From the NCBI RefSeq assembly GCF_963921235.1, contig NC_086109.1, forward strand, positions 7,690,001 through 7,754,000: a stretch of DNA of 64,000 nucleotides. Direction: 5' to 3'. A program made the translations under genes and the position numbers. Under the pieces are notes generated by a model. That model did no database searches and was not told the origin of the DNA. It saw nothing but the letters and a program-made list of their open reading frames with translations. The stretch is from Mobula hypostoma. Taxonomy: Eukaryota. Of this stretch, positions 12,680 to 25,100 are shown one piece after another (the first letter of the stretch is position 1; every line of letters begins with the position of its first letter).

Positions 12680-13480
12680 CATATTGGGAAAATGGCAGAT
12701 GGAGTATAGTGCAGGGAAGTGTATGATTATACACTATGTTCAAAGAAAATAGGTGTAGACTATTTTCTAAACGGGGAGAAAATTAAAATACTCAGAGGGG
12801 CAAAGTGACTAGAAATTCCTCATGCAAGTTTCCCTAAAGTTTAACTTGCCGGTTGGGGGTCACTGGTGAGGAAGGCAATTTCAATGTTAGCATTTATTTT
12901 GAGGGGTTTAGAATATAAAAGCAAAGTCATAATGCTGAGGTTTTATAAGGCATTAATCAGGCCGCACTTGCAGTTTTATGAACAGTTTTGGGCTCCTTAT
13001 CTAGGAAAGGATGAGCTGGCATTGGAGAGGTTCATGAGAATGATTCTGCAAATGAGGAATGTTTAATGACTTTGGAACTCGCTGGAGTTTAGAAGAATGA
13101 GGGGGGATCTCACTGAAACCTATCAAATATTGAAAAGCCTGGATAGAGTGGATGTTTCCTATAGAGGGGAAGACTAGGACCAGAGGCCACAGCCTCAGAT
13201 TAGAAGGATGCCCATTTAGAACAGAGGTGAGGAAGAATTTCCTTCGTCAGGGAGTGGTGAATCAGTGGAATTCATTGCTATGGGTGGCTGTGGACTCCAA
13301 GCTGTTGAGTACATTTAAAACGGAGGTATTCAATTAGTCAGGAAGTCAAAGGTTATGGGGAGAAGGCAGGAGAATGGGTTTCAGAAGGATAATAAATCAG
13401 CCGTGATGGAATTGCGGAGCAGACTCAAAGGGCCAAACGGTCTAATTCTGATCCTATCTCTTATGGCCCTATAGTCTTCT
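12680..13480 (+). mobile_element. Old CR1 3' fragment
   Basis: Degenerate GLEYKSK..LIRPHL and RTRGHSLR motifs plus 3' UTR. Confidence 0.8.
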
Positions 13481-13734
13481 CTCAGAGGTGGCAGTGGGTG
13501 GGTGGAATGCCCTGTCAGGGGTGCTGACTGAGGCAGACGTGTTAGGGGCATTTAACATACAATTAGACAGGCACATGGATGATAGAGAAGTGGAGAGTGA
13601 GTTTGACCCTACAGCATAGAGCACCACAGCACAGCACAGGTCCTTTGGCCCACAGTGATATGACGCCCTTTTGCCTACTTTGAGATCAACCTACCCTTTC
13701 CCTCCTACATAGCCCTCCATTATTTATTTATTTT

Positions 13735-14150
13735 TTTCAGGAATACAGCACAGGACAGGTCCTACAGAGCCAACAAGCAGCGCCGCCCGGCACCCACATA
13801 TTCCACACTATCCTACCCACTGGAGTCCACTTCTACATCCAGCTCAGTTTCCATGTCCTTATTGTGGACCACAACGTCACTCACAACTCGAGCTCAGCAG
13901 CCACCGACGAGCACACCGCGGAACTGCACCTGCCATCGTCCGATATGACGGACAGCCAGATCGAACACTGGACAATTTACAATCACCAGCCGACCTGTAT
14001 GCCTTTGGATTGCCGGAAGAGACCGGAGGAAAAAAAGACCCACACACTCACGGGGAGAAGGTCCAAACTCCTTGCAGATGGTGCTGGAATTGAACTTCGA
14101 AGTTCATAATGCCCCGGGCTGTAATCGTGTAGTGGTAAACACCAGGCTTT
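13735..14150 (-). mobile_element. V-SINE (HE1-like), interrupted by an RTE fragment
   Basis: Minus-strand V-domain-like sequence (CTCCCCGTGAGTGTGTGGG...TCCAAAG), similar to 23783-24070, 33055-33325 and 50055-50340. Confidence 0.65.
13825..13965 (+). mobile_element. 5'-truncated RTE 3' end with C2H2 zinc finger
   Basis: One frame reads FPCPYCGPQRHSQLELSSHRRAH. 7-bp TSD CACTGGA at 13818-13824 and 13966-13972. Confidence 0.7.
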
Positions 14151-14524
14151 CATGGTTCTTGCTGTACCTCTACATCCATGAGCCTATCTAAGATCTACCT
14201 ATCTAGTATAACATTGTGGGCCGAATAGCCTGTACGATGCTGCACTAAAGTTCGATAAAACTTTGTTTCATTCCCATACTAGAATCATGATGTAACACAG
14301 CCTGGAATTAGGCCCTTCAGCCCATCTCCTCCATGCTGACCAAGGTGTCTATCTAAGCTAGTGCAGCTTGCCTGGGGATTCCCCATCTTTTTTTTACTTA
14401 CCTGGCTCTCTGTGCCCATGAAGCTGCTGCAAGTAATGTTTTCACTGCGCCTGTGCACGGAGGTACTTGTGCATATCAAAGATAAAGATTAGCTTTACTT
14501 TGCTGCTTTATGTTGTTGTAGCCA

Positions 14525-15030
14525 GAGGTTGTGGTGAGGATAAGCTCTGCTACCTATTAAATGCTCCCAAGGGCATGTGCCACAAGTAGCCTCTGACAGC
14601 CAAGTCCAGCTCCTGGCCGTCACGTGTGGCTTAGCTACCAAGCCCGGCAGAGCCACTTCTACTGACAGGAGAAGGGACAGAGGTGATTACTGGTGCCTTA
14701 AATCCAGTTGCTTTGGGTAGATGAAGCTCATTGCGGTTGTTCCCACTCATTGGCAAGGTTTCAGGAGTAAACCCTGAGGAAAATTCTGGAGCTGGAGTCC
14801 CTAAGGCAGTTCAACTTTGAGTTCAACGCAGACTGGCAACTCCTGCAATACTGCTGGTGCCAAACTGTATCGGTCTCTGCCGTTCCTTTGGATTCATCGG
14901 TCACATAGAGTGGGGTAGCCTGCCACAATGGGCACCAGCTTGTTCTCCATATCTTACTGCCCTGGCTGCGTATCACGTAGACAGCTGGGACGCATTATCC
15001 ATCCTCGACCACGGCCAACAGAGGGCCTCA
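14525..15030 (+). mobile_element. Non-autonomous RTE-type element (5' UTR-like), with a possible HDV-like fold
   Basis: Resembles RTE 5' UTRs as I recall them (not searched). CTCCTG/CAGGAG helix with CTGA before the 3' strand. No ORF. Confidence 0.5.
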
Positions 15031-15499
15031 GCTTTATTTTGTCACATCTCCATCGAAGCATCAAAACATACAATGAAATGAGTTGTTTTGTGTCAATGAC
15101 CAGCACAGTCCACAGAGTCGCCATGCTTCCAGCACCAACAGAGTATGCCCACAACTTACAAACCTTTGGAATCTGGGAGAAAACCATGCACGCAATAAGC
15201 ATGATTTTTGACTTTGATTTTTCCAATGTACGTAGTTGTCCAAATGTCTTCTAAGTGTTTTTATTATACCTACGTCAACCATTTGCTAATTCCATAAACT
15301 CACTGCTCTCTGAATGAAGAATTTGCCCCTCAGGTCCCTTTTAAATGTTTTCCCTCTCAATTTAAGTGCGTCTGTTCTCCGTCTGCATTGCACTCTGTGT
15401 TGCATGTGTATTATGGAAATTAGTCACCTTAGTGGCAGCATGGTAGAAGCAAAGGGAATGGGTAACTGAGTGAGTTAGATGACATTAAAGCTGAAAGAG

Positions 15500-15705
15500 T
15501 TCTTTCCGAGGTTGAGTGGAGCCCGTGGGCAGTGACAGTGGTCCCAGTAGCCAAGAAAAATGGGTCTGTCAGGATCTGTGGGGATTTTAAGGCAAACATC
15601 AACCCAGTATTGAGAGTAGATCAATACCCTCTGCCCAGGATGGAGGATATCATCGCAAACCTTTCTGGAGGAGAACACTCGAGTGAAGTGGACCTAGCTG
15701 AGGCA
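15500..15705 (+). mobile_element. Ty3/Gypsy (Mag-like) pol relic, N-terminal part of RT
   Basis: SPWA..VVPVAKKNGSVRICGDFKANINPVLRVDQYPLPRMEDIIANLSGG...VDLAEA. Confidence 0.85.
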
Positions 15706-16468
15706 CGGGCACGGCCTGACCTGCTGAGTTCTTCCTGCATTTAGTGTGTGGTGCTTTGCATTTCCGGCATCTGCAGATTTCCTCATGTTTGTAAATACAT
15801 AGTTTCATTAAGCATTCCTGTTTACATAATTCATTACGGTTTATATACAAGAGATATGTCATTATGCCATCTCATCATATGTGAGCGCTTCGCTGCAGAA
15901 AAAGAAACTAAGCACATGCATTCTGGCTCCTGTATTTTGCTTTTGATTAGTTTCTGGAGTTATGAAACGCAACAGTTTTTGTGCACAAATTGGCCTCTAG
16001 TTTTCCCTACATTACAATGCTGACCACATTTTTAAGTCAGATTTTAATGTCACCTCTTAGGCTGAGAGCATCGAGCTGAATTTCAAGGTTGTAAAATCTA
16101 ACTACAGCTTGTCTTTGTATTGAGCTGCCTCTCATTGATATCTTACAATGATCTATACTACGTTCAAGACAAGGTTCATTCCTTTGAGGACAGCAGACCT
16201 TTCTCCCGTGACTTTGGTTAACGCCAGCTCTCTTGAAGCCAAGAAGATAAAAGACCTTTCAGTTCATGCATTGACTTTCAATCGGCAACTTGTCATGAGA
16301 TTGTTCCCTTTTTAATTAATTACCCTGTTCAAGAGGCTCTATAGCAAGTGTGATGGATATTCACTTTCCAGGGCTTGAGAGGCTTATTGTTAACACCAGC
16401 TTTCTAGCACAGTGGCAAGGAAATACCAATGCCCTTGAATGGAAAGTCCTACAAAAAGTAATGAAGAA

Positions 16469-17156
16469 GAGGAGAAGATGGCGGTGTGATGGCAGCGCGC
16501 GCGGCCACTCGATGGTGATGTCTGTTATCTGTCAAGTAGGGGACCGTGCACAATCCTGATTTGATGGAGACGGACGTGAGAGTACAGAGGAACATCTGGA
16601 AAACTTCTGAAATGCCCGCTTCGCTGCCGCTGCTACCGTGTGGTAACCGGAATCTCCGGAGCAGAAGGCCCCGAAATCCTCAGCTTTCGTGTTTCAGCGG
16701 CCGGGGCGAGGTCGAAGGCGCTCGGCAGAGGATGGCGCTCGGGAGGCGGTATCGGAGGGGCTGGTCAGAAGCTCAAAGTTTTCGGACAGACGGACTAAGT
16801 GTCGGCTGTGGTCGGCTGCTTCCAAGGCATTGGCAAGTTGACAGTGCCTGGAGGTTTATGGCAGGGAGATTCTCCCTTTTGCCACCTGCTATCGGGGACT
16901 TGGGAGTCGATCGACTCGGGAACTTTGAGACTTTTTTTACCGTGCCCATGGTTTGTTCTTCATCAAATTATGGTATTGCTTTGCACTGCTGTAACTATAT
17001 GTTATAATTATGTGGTTCTCTCAGTGTTAGTCTTTGGTTTGTCCTGTTTTCTGTGATATCACTCCGGAGAAACATTGTATCATTTCTTAATGCATGTATG
17101 CATTTCTAAATGACAATAAAAGAGGACTGAGTGTTCTCATAATCTAAGTAATCTAA
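16469..17156 (+). mobile_element. Non-autonomous LINE derivative, family Y (CpG-rich head, Rex-like tail)
   Basis: Starts GGAGAAGATGGCGG and ends AATGACAATAAAAG...(TAATC)n. Splits a Rex1 fragment (16395-16462 / 17157-17600). Copies at 58469 and 63660. Confidence 0.8.
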
Positions 17157-17599
17157 ATGTCCCAGTCCATCATGGGTAAAGCCCTTTCCACCACTGAGCA
17201 TTGTAACAGGAAAGCAGCATCCATCATCAGGGACCCCCACCACCCAGGACATGCTCTCCTCTCACTGCCGTCGTCAGGAAGAGGGTGCAGGATCCTCAGG
17301 ACCTGCAGCAGGTTCGGAAACAGTTACTGAACCCTCAACCATCAGGAACCAGGGCAGATAACTTCACTTGCTCCATCACTGAACTGTTCCCACAATCTAT
17401 AGACTCGCTTTCAAAGACTCTTCATCTTATGTTCTCAATATTTATTGCTTATTTATTTACTATTATTATTACTTCTTTGTTTCTTTTGTGTTTTCACAGT
17501 TTGTCATCTTTTGCACCTTGGTCCATCCTTTCATTGATTCTATTATGCCTCATGGATTTACTGAGTATGCCCACAAGAAAATGAACTCTGTGTTATATA

Positions 17600-18356
17600 T
17601 CAATGGGTACATTTAATGTCAGAGAAATGTATACAATATACGTACTGACATCCTGTTTCTTCGCAGACATCCATGAAAACAGAGTGCCCTGAAGACTGAA
17701 TGACAGTTAAATATTAGAACCCCAAAGCCCCCCCCAGCTCCCCATGCATAACCAGCACCAAAGCGACAGCCCCCTCCCTCCCCCACCAGCAGAAAAGCAT
17801 CTGCACCCTCCTCGGAGCACTCAAGCGTGCAGCAAAGCATCAATAAAGACAAAGACTACTCGTTCACCCGGAATTCGACATACCACAGGCTCTCTCTCCC
17901 TAATAAGGGAAAAAGAGGTGTCCCTTTTTTACAGGGAGAGGGGAGACATAACAAAAACAACTCACTGATTTATGATTTATGTTAAAAGACTGTTGCGTCG
18001 CTTTTTCCAAGTTCTGTGCCCAAAGCACACAGCCAGCAGCCAGCTCGCTGCTTTCAGTCTTTCCGTGTACCCCCATGACACATCAGGCAGCGGCGTTGAC
18101 CTCAAATCCGCCCACCTGCAGGGCCACGAAAAGCCGGCATGCTAGTCTTCCAGGCCGCGTCTCTGGCATATCGAAAAGCGGCCGGTCATGAGGCCCTAAA
18201 AGTCAGTCCCATTTCCGCAAAGAACTCCAGGTCAGGATCTTCAGAAGAACCCTGAAAAGGGAAAAATGAGGTATTAAAGATAGAAATAGAGCTGTTTCCG
18301 AAGATGCAAGCAAAGGAATCACCATTAGGTGCCCTCATCCTAAGCTCCGCCCTCCA
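17600..18356 (-). mobile_element. Probable second non-autonomous LINE derivative
   Basis: On the minus strand it has a GC-rich head (GGAGGGCGGAGCTTAGGATG) and a Rex-like tail (TGTATACATTTCTCTGACATTAAATG). Single copy here. Confidence 0.45.
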
Positions 18357-19769
18357 TGACTGTTAGAACATATTCAGGATGTACAGCAAAATATTAATTT
18401 CAGCGACTAGCCTCAGCAAACTCGCTTTAGATCTGAATATGGACTGTAGATTAAATTTTAAATGCAGCTCTGGACAATGGGTTCCTAGAGCTGTTAATTG
18501 AAAAAACAGACAATGAGGGTTAACATTCATTTTGGATGTTATGTGTGGATGCATAGAAGGAGCTGTGAAAGTTACATGTAATTGAAAGGAAGCATTGTAG
18601 ATACAGTGTAACTTTAATCCTTTAATCTTTAATCTTTAGCATATAAAATGTTACATAATGTTGGGTCAAGCAAGCTTCTTCCTCCCAAAGGGTCTCAATA
18701 TGATGCCCGCGGTGTCTCATTTTGTCGAATAAAAGACTACTTCATATCTACCAGCACACCTCTCCAGTGAGTTTGTTCATACTACAACAGTGACATATAC
18801 TGTATGTACTTAGATAATAAATTTACTTTGAACTTTGGATTTTGACATTTCTGAAGGGTCATAGCTGTTAGTGATAAAGTTAAACTTTTAATAAGTATTC
18901 TCTCGGCTTTCTGTTGCAAACAAGAACCAGTCTCCATTTCTTAATGTAAATTGCAAACAGCAATAAGTTTGAAGCTGGTGGCACAACTTTGTGAAGACCA
19001 GGACAGCTCTTGTCTGCACTAGCCAAATGCAACACAACGGGTTATGTCAGATAACTCATCAGACATAGTTACAAGTTGGGATGCTCGTGTACTCAGAGGG
19101 TCAGCCCTCACAGCAGTAACCGTGGATGCCTGGGACTAAAGTTCCCTGGTGTTTTTAAGTCCACATGTGTGAGCCCCCTTTGATCCAGCAGAGAAATCTG
19201 GAAAACTTCATATGCAGATGACGTCACTTAGTAGAAAATGATATACTTATCAAAAGCATCGGGGATTGTTAGGAATGACAAGGAGAAATGCAGAAAGATG
19301 TGGTGACAGAAAGAAGAATAAGAATTCATTCCTCAACCTTCAGTTTCTGTGACAGGTGACTCGTTCATCTGCAACTTGTTGGTATGTTCGTCTAGTTCAT
19401 AAGATTTGTACCATGTTCGGAAATCCTTTGTAGTTTGTAAATTGCTTTGTAATTCAGAAATCTTTTATAAATCGGAAATCCCCTGTGTATGTTAAATGTG
19501 TGTTAAGAACTATTTGTCTACACTTAAATGTGTGTCATTAAAAAAGATAAGCTGTGTTTAAACTGCTTTTTTTTGGCTTGAAGTAGCCCCCTGCTTTGTA
19601 AGGAGGGTGACCCACTACTCAAGCAATGGTGTTGGCAGCTGAAACCTCAGTGCAGAGACTAGACAAGGAAGTAGGTCAGTCCCAAAAGAGTAGATTGCCA
19701 CAGTATAACCCACCCCGGAGTGATGGGACACATAGATATCCACAATAATCTCCTTTTGAGTATAGGACT

Positions 19770-21175
19770 TTGTAGACGGGTACAGTGCAATACAGGCCCT
19801 TCGGCCCATGATGCTGTGCTGAACATGTACTTACTTTAGAAATTACCTGGGATTACTCATAGCCCTCTATTTTTCTAAGCTCCATGTACCTATCCAGGAG
19901 TCACTTAAAATACCCTATTGTATCCGCCTCCACCACCATCACCGGCAGCCCATTCCACGCACTCACCACTCTCTGCGTAAAAAACTTACCCCTGACATCT
20001 CCTCTGTACCTACTTCCAAGCAACTTAAAACTGTGCTCTCTCCTGTTAGCCATTTAATCCTTTGGAAAAAGCCTCTGACTATCCACAGGATCAATGCCTC
20101 TCATCATCTTATACACCTCTATCACGTCACCTCTCATCCTCCGTCGCTCCAAGGAGAAAAGTCCGAGTTCACTCAACCTATTCTCATAAGGCATGCTCCC
20201 CAATCCAGGCAACATCCTTGTAAATCTCCTCTGCACCCTTTCTATGGCTTCCACATCTTTCCTGTAGTGAGGCAACCAGAACTGAGCACAGTACTCTAAG
20301 TGGGGTCTGACCAGGGTCCTATATAGCTGTACATTACCTCTCGGCTCTTAAACTCAATCCCATGGTTGATGAAGGCCGATGTACCGTATGACTTCTTAAC
20401 CACGCAGTCAACCTGCGTAGCAGCTTTGAGTGTCCTAGGGACTCAGACCCCAAGATCCCTCTGATCCTCCACACTGCCAAGAGTCTTACCATTAATACTA
20501 CATTCTGCCATCATATTTGACCTACCAAAATGAACCACCTCACACTTATCTGGGTTGAACTCCATCTGCCACTTCTCAGCCCAGTTTTGCATCCTATCAA
20601 TGTCCCATTGTAACCTCTGACAGCCCTCCACACTATCCACAACACCCCCAACCTTTGTTTACTAACTCATCCCTCCACTTCCTTATCCAGATCATTTATA
20701 AAAATCACAAAGGGAAGGGGTCCCAGAACAGATCCCTGAGGTATACCATTAGTCATCGACCTCCATGCAGAATATGACCCGTCTACAACCATTCTTTGCC
20801 TTCTGTGGGCAGGCTAGTTCTGGATCCACAAAGCATAGTCCCCATGGATCCCATGCCTCCTTACTTTCTCAATAAGCCTTGCATGGGATAACTTATCAAA
20901 TGTCTTGCTGAAATCCATATACACTACATCAACTACTCTACCTCCATCAACGTGTTTAGTCACATCCTCAAAAAATTCAGTCAGGCTCGTAAGGCACGAC
21001 CTGCCTTTGAAAAAGCCATGCTGACTATTCCTAATCATGTTATGCCTCTCCCAGTGTTCATAAATCCTGCCTCTCAGGATCTTTTCCATCAACTTACCAA
21101 CCACTGAAGTAAGACTCACCAGTCTATAATTTCCTGGGCTAACTCTATTCCCTTTCTTGAATAAGGGAACAACAG
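19770..21175 (-). mobile_element. CR1 LINE RT and 3' end
   Basis: Minus ORFs 20814-21119, 20443-20640 and 20054-20275 contain SLTSVVGK, QHGF, DFSK.FDK and WQMEFNPDKC. Confidence 0.92.
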
Positions 21176-21569
21176 AGTTTCAGGAAGGCCTCTTGAAACT
21201 TTTCTACCATCCTGTCTTTTTTATTTATGTATTGACAGGATAGAAGAAGGCAATGGCAAACCACTTCTGTAGAAATGTTTGCAAAGAACAATCAAGGTCA
21301 TGAGGCCATGATCACCTACGTCACATAATGGTGATAATGATTGACGGGATAAGGACCCCACAAGCCAAGCTCATATTTAGTCTCCATTCACTGATGCCCT
21401 CACTTTCATTGATAGCTCTTCATTCAAGGACGCCCACCCACCCTGGTCATTCTATTTTCTCTCTTCTACCCTCTGGGAGAAGATACAGTAGTAGTCATCA
21501 CTCAGGTATACGTTTTCCCAAGAGTTTATTCCCTTGATGATTCCGATTGAGATTAGAGTCAGAATCAGA

Positions 21570-23770
21570 TGCACGTCAGCTCTGGCAGGGTTTACAGGCC
21601 ATTACTTCCTACAAAGCAAAACTTAACATCATGATCAGCAGTGATGCCTCACTCCCAGATGCAGTCAATGACTTTAACGCGTGCTTTGAAAGGGAAAATA
21701 AAACTACGTCTATGTGAATCCCTGCAGCATTCAGTGATCGTGTGATATCCGTCTCAGAGGCCAATGTCAGAACACCTTTCAAGAGGGTGAACTCTCACAA
21801 GGCATCATGCCCTGTTAGTGTACCTAATAGGGCTCTGAAAACCTGTGCCAACCAACTGGCGAGAGTGTTATTTATTGATTGATTGATTGAGATATAGAAG
21901 CTTCCAGTCCTTCGAGCGACACTGCACAGAAATACCCACCTCCCAGCCTAATTACAGGTCAATTTACAATGACTAATTAACCTACCAACTGGTATGTCAT
22001 TAGACTGTGGGAGGAAACTGGAGCATACAGGGAGAACGTATAAAAAGGAAGTCTTCAATCTCTCACTGCTGCATTCTAAGTTTTCCACCTGCTTCAAAGG
22101 GGTGACAATCATACCAGTGCCAAAGAAGAGCAGGGTGAGCTGTCTCAATGATTATTGCCCAGGTGCACTCTCATCTACTGTGATGAAGTGCTTTGAGGGG
22201 TTGGTCATGGCTACGATCAACTCCTGCCTAAGCAAGGACCTGGACAAATTGCAACTTGCCTGTCAACTCAGTGGGTCTACAGCCGATGCAATTTCATGGG
22301 CTTTCTACTTGGTTTTGGATCACCTGGACAGCAGAGGTACTTATGTCAGGCTTCTGTTTACTGCCTACAGCTCAGCTTTCAACATAATAATGCCCTCAGG
22401 TCGAATCAAAATGCTCCAAAACCTGGGCCAACGTACATTCCTCTGCAACTAGACCCTTGATCTCCTCTCTGGGAGACCACAGTCTGTGTGAATTGTAAAT
22501 GACATCTCCTCCTTGCTGATAATCAACATTGGCGCACCCCAGGGATGTGTGCGTAGCCCAGTGCTCTGCTCTCTCTACCCCACGACCATGTGGCTAGGCA
22601 CTGCTCAAACCCATCTATATACTGGGGTGATTGATAAGTTTGTGGTCTAAGGTAGAAGGAGCCAATTTTAGAAAACCTAGCACATTTATTTTTCAGCATA
22701 GTCCCCTCCTACATTTACACATTTAGTCCAGCAGTCATGGAGCATATGGATCCCTTCTTTGTAGAAGTCGGCGTCTTGGATCTCCAGAAAGTGGTCCACC
22801 GCAGGGGTGATTGATAAGTTTGTGGCCTGAGGTAGAAGGAGATGACGTATACAGGTCTCATTACATACACATGCAGTTCAGCTCTTTGAGTGATTATGCA
22901 GGAAGTTTGAATTTAATAACTCATCTCCTTCTGAGGTGTAATGGAAACATTACTCTCATCATACAAGCAGCATTGAGAAGAAAAACATAAATTATACGCA
23001 ACTTGTACAAGAAAGAACAGAATCCGTTTTAATGCAAAGTTACGGAGGCAGTGAATAGGGTTGTGTGGCTTGCTTCTGGAATCAAATGATTGAAGGGAGG
23101 TGCCATTACCAAGGGAGACATGGCAGCACCTCTACTTTCTTAGAAGTTTGAGTAGATTTGGAATGTCATTTAAAACCTTAAGAAACTTCTATAGACGCAC
23201 AGTGGAGAGTATCCTGACTGGCTGTATCATGGCCCAGTATAGAAACACCAATGCCCAAGAACAGAAGAGCCTGCAAAAAGTAGTGGATACAGCCCAGTCC
23301 ATCACAGGAGAAACCCTCCCTCAACTGAGCACACCTACAAGGAATGCAGTCGCAGGAAAGCAGCATCCAACATCAGGGACTCCCACCACCCAGGACGTGC
23401 TCTCTTCTCCCTACTGCCATCAGGAAGGAGATACAGAAGCATCAGGACACCCACCACCAGGTTCAGGAGCAGTTATTGCCCCTCAACCATCAGGCTCCTG
23501 AACTGGGGGGGGTAACTTCATTTACTCTGTCACTGAAGTTGATTCCACAAGTGAACGTACTTTCAAGGACACTACAACTGCTGTTCTCAATATTTATTGC
23601 TTATTTATTGTGTTGTTCTCATTTTGTATTCACACAGCTTGTTGTCTACTGCACACTGGTCGCTTGTCTGTCCTCGTTGTCCGCAGGTTTTCATTGACTC
23701 CGTTGTATTTCTTTGTATTTACTGTGAATGCCGACAAAAGTTGAACCTCAGGGTAGTATTTGGTGACATA
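21570..23770 (+). mobile_element. Fragmented Rex1/Babar LINE RT with nested V-SINE piece and mariner MITE
   Basis: TCFK..TIIPVPKKS.VSCLNDY.P.AL.STVMKCFE (21994-22452), GAPQGCV.SP near 22530, and RNFYR.TVESILTGCI (23100-23500). Confidence 0.85.
22622..22932 (-). mobile_element. Mariner-derived non-autonomous element
   Basis: Minus strand 22803-22686 encodes a mariner transposase C-terminus (DADFYKEGIHMLHDCWTKCVNVGGDYAEK*). The TIR-like GGGGTGATTGATAAGTTTGTGG.CT.AGGTAGAAGGAG occurs twice in direct orientation. TA at the left flank. Confidence 0.85.
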
Positions 23771-23782
23771 CACTACCCAGGG

Positions 23783-24070
23783 GGTGCCATGGTAGCATGG
23801 CAGTTGGTGTGACACACGTACCGTTTGGGCATTGCAGTTCAGAGTTCAGTTCCAGTGTTGACTGTAAGAAGTGTGTACATCCTTGTCGTAAGCTCATGGC
23901 TTTCCTCCCAGATGCTCTGGTTTCCTCCCATATTCCAAAGACGTACAGGGTAGTAGGTGAATTGGTCATTGTAAAATATCCTGTGATTAAGCAGGAGATA
24001 AATCGGTGGGTTGTTGGGTAGTGCAGGTCAGTGGGCTGGAAGGGCCTTTTCCAAGCTGTACCTTTAGATA
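23783..24070 (+). mobile_element. V-SINE (HE1-like) with CR1-type tail
   Basis: Degenerate A/B boxes, V-domain GCTCTGGTTTCCTCCCA..TCCAAAGACGT and tail GGGCTGGAAGGGCC. Confidence 0.75.
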
Positions 24071-24381
24071 GGTGTTGGCGCATGGCCAAGTGGTTAAGGC
24101 GTCGGTCTAGCGATCTGAAGGTCCTGAGTTCGAGCCTCAGCTGAGGCAGCGTGTTGTGTCCTTGAGCAAGGCACTTAACCACACATTGCTCTGCGACGAC
24201 ACCAGTGCCAAGCTGTATCAGCCGGAGTGCCCTTCCCTTGGACGACATAAGTGGCATGGAGAGGGGAGACTTGCAGCATGGGCAACTGCCGGTCTTCCAT
24301 ACAACCTTGCCCAGGCCTGTGCCCTGGAAACCTTCCAAGGCGCAAATCCATGGTCTCATGAGACTAACAGATGCCTATATA
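24071..24381 (+). mobile_element. tRNA-headed CORE-like SINE, full length
   Basis: A box TGGCCAAGTGG, B box GAGTTCGAGCC, CORE-like GTGTCCTTGAGCAAGGCACTTAACC. TSD TACCT(T/C)TAGATA at 24059-24070 and 24382-24393. Confidence 0.85.
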
Positions 24382-24629
24382 TACCTCTAGATAAAGAAAT
24401 AAATATACTTTGATAATAAATTTACTTTGAACTTTGACCTTTGAACTGCTCTTGAACCTGGTGGTGTGGGATCTCAGTGTTTTGTTATAAGAAACTTCTG
24501 AGAAGAAAAATTAAAATCAATGCTTCCTTTTGCTCTTCACGGTGATGAATAACTGGAGGTTGTTGTGTGAGGATGCATAAGTGGAAACAACTTTTATTTT
24601 ATTTGCATTTAGAGATACAGTGTTGTAGT

Positions 24630-25100
24630 TGGGGTTGCCAACTTTCTCACTCCCAAATAAGGGACAAAAGTAGCAGTCAAATACGGGACACGTGTTTATC
24701 CCGAGAAAGACTACCATGACCATGAAGCCTTGCGTGGGAACCTGTGTGCGTATGCGTGACGTGCGCATGCGTGTACGTGCCGATTTTTTTCTACAAATGG
24801 GTTTTGGCTTAATCTTCCCCATTCTGCTTTCACTATATCTTAGTGTTATTTTAGGTTTTATGTGTTATTTGGCATGATTTGGCAGGTTACTTTTGGGTCT
24901 GGGAACGCTCAAAAATTTTTCCCACATAAATTAATGGTAATTGCTTCTGCGCTTTACGCCATTTCGGCTTACGAATGGTTTCATAGGAATGCTCTTCCTT
25001 AGTGGGGGAAATACGGGACAAGGGCAGTCCCGTATGGGACAAACTAATTTAGCCCAGTATACAGGACGTCCCGGCTAGTACGGGACAGTTAGCAACCCTA
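24630..25100. mobile_element. hAT MITE (Blackjack-like ends)
   Basis: TIRs TGGGGTTGCCAAC and GTTAGCAACCCTA, subterminal (C)GGGAC repeats, 8-bp TSD GTTGTAG(T/C). Confidence 0.85.

Noticed and set aside
13864..14109. Novel 81-aa coding sequence
   Set aside because: It spans an RTE 3' fragment and an antisense V-SINE. The meaningful frame is a different one (the RTE zinc finger).
15790..15974. Gypsy LTR next to the RT relic
   Set aside because: It has TG...AACA ends, but no second LTR, PBS, PPT or TSD could be confirmed.
16061..16087. 27-nt exon (AESIELNFK) after CTCTTAG
   Set aside because: The donor GTTGTA is weak and there is no other support.
24071..24145. tRNA gene
   Set aside because: A and B boxes are present, but the sequence continues into a SINE body and tail enclosed by a TSD, and a second copy exists at 50857.
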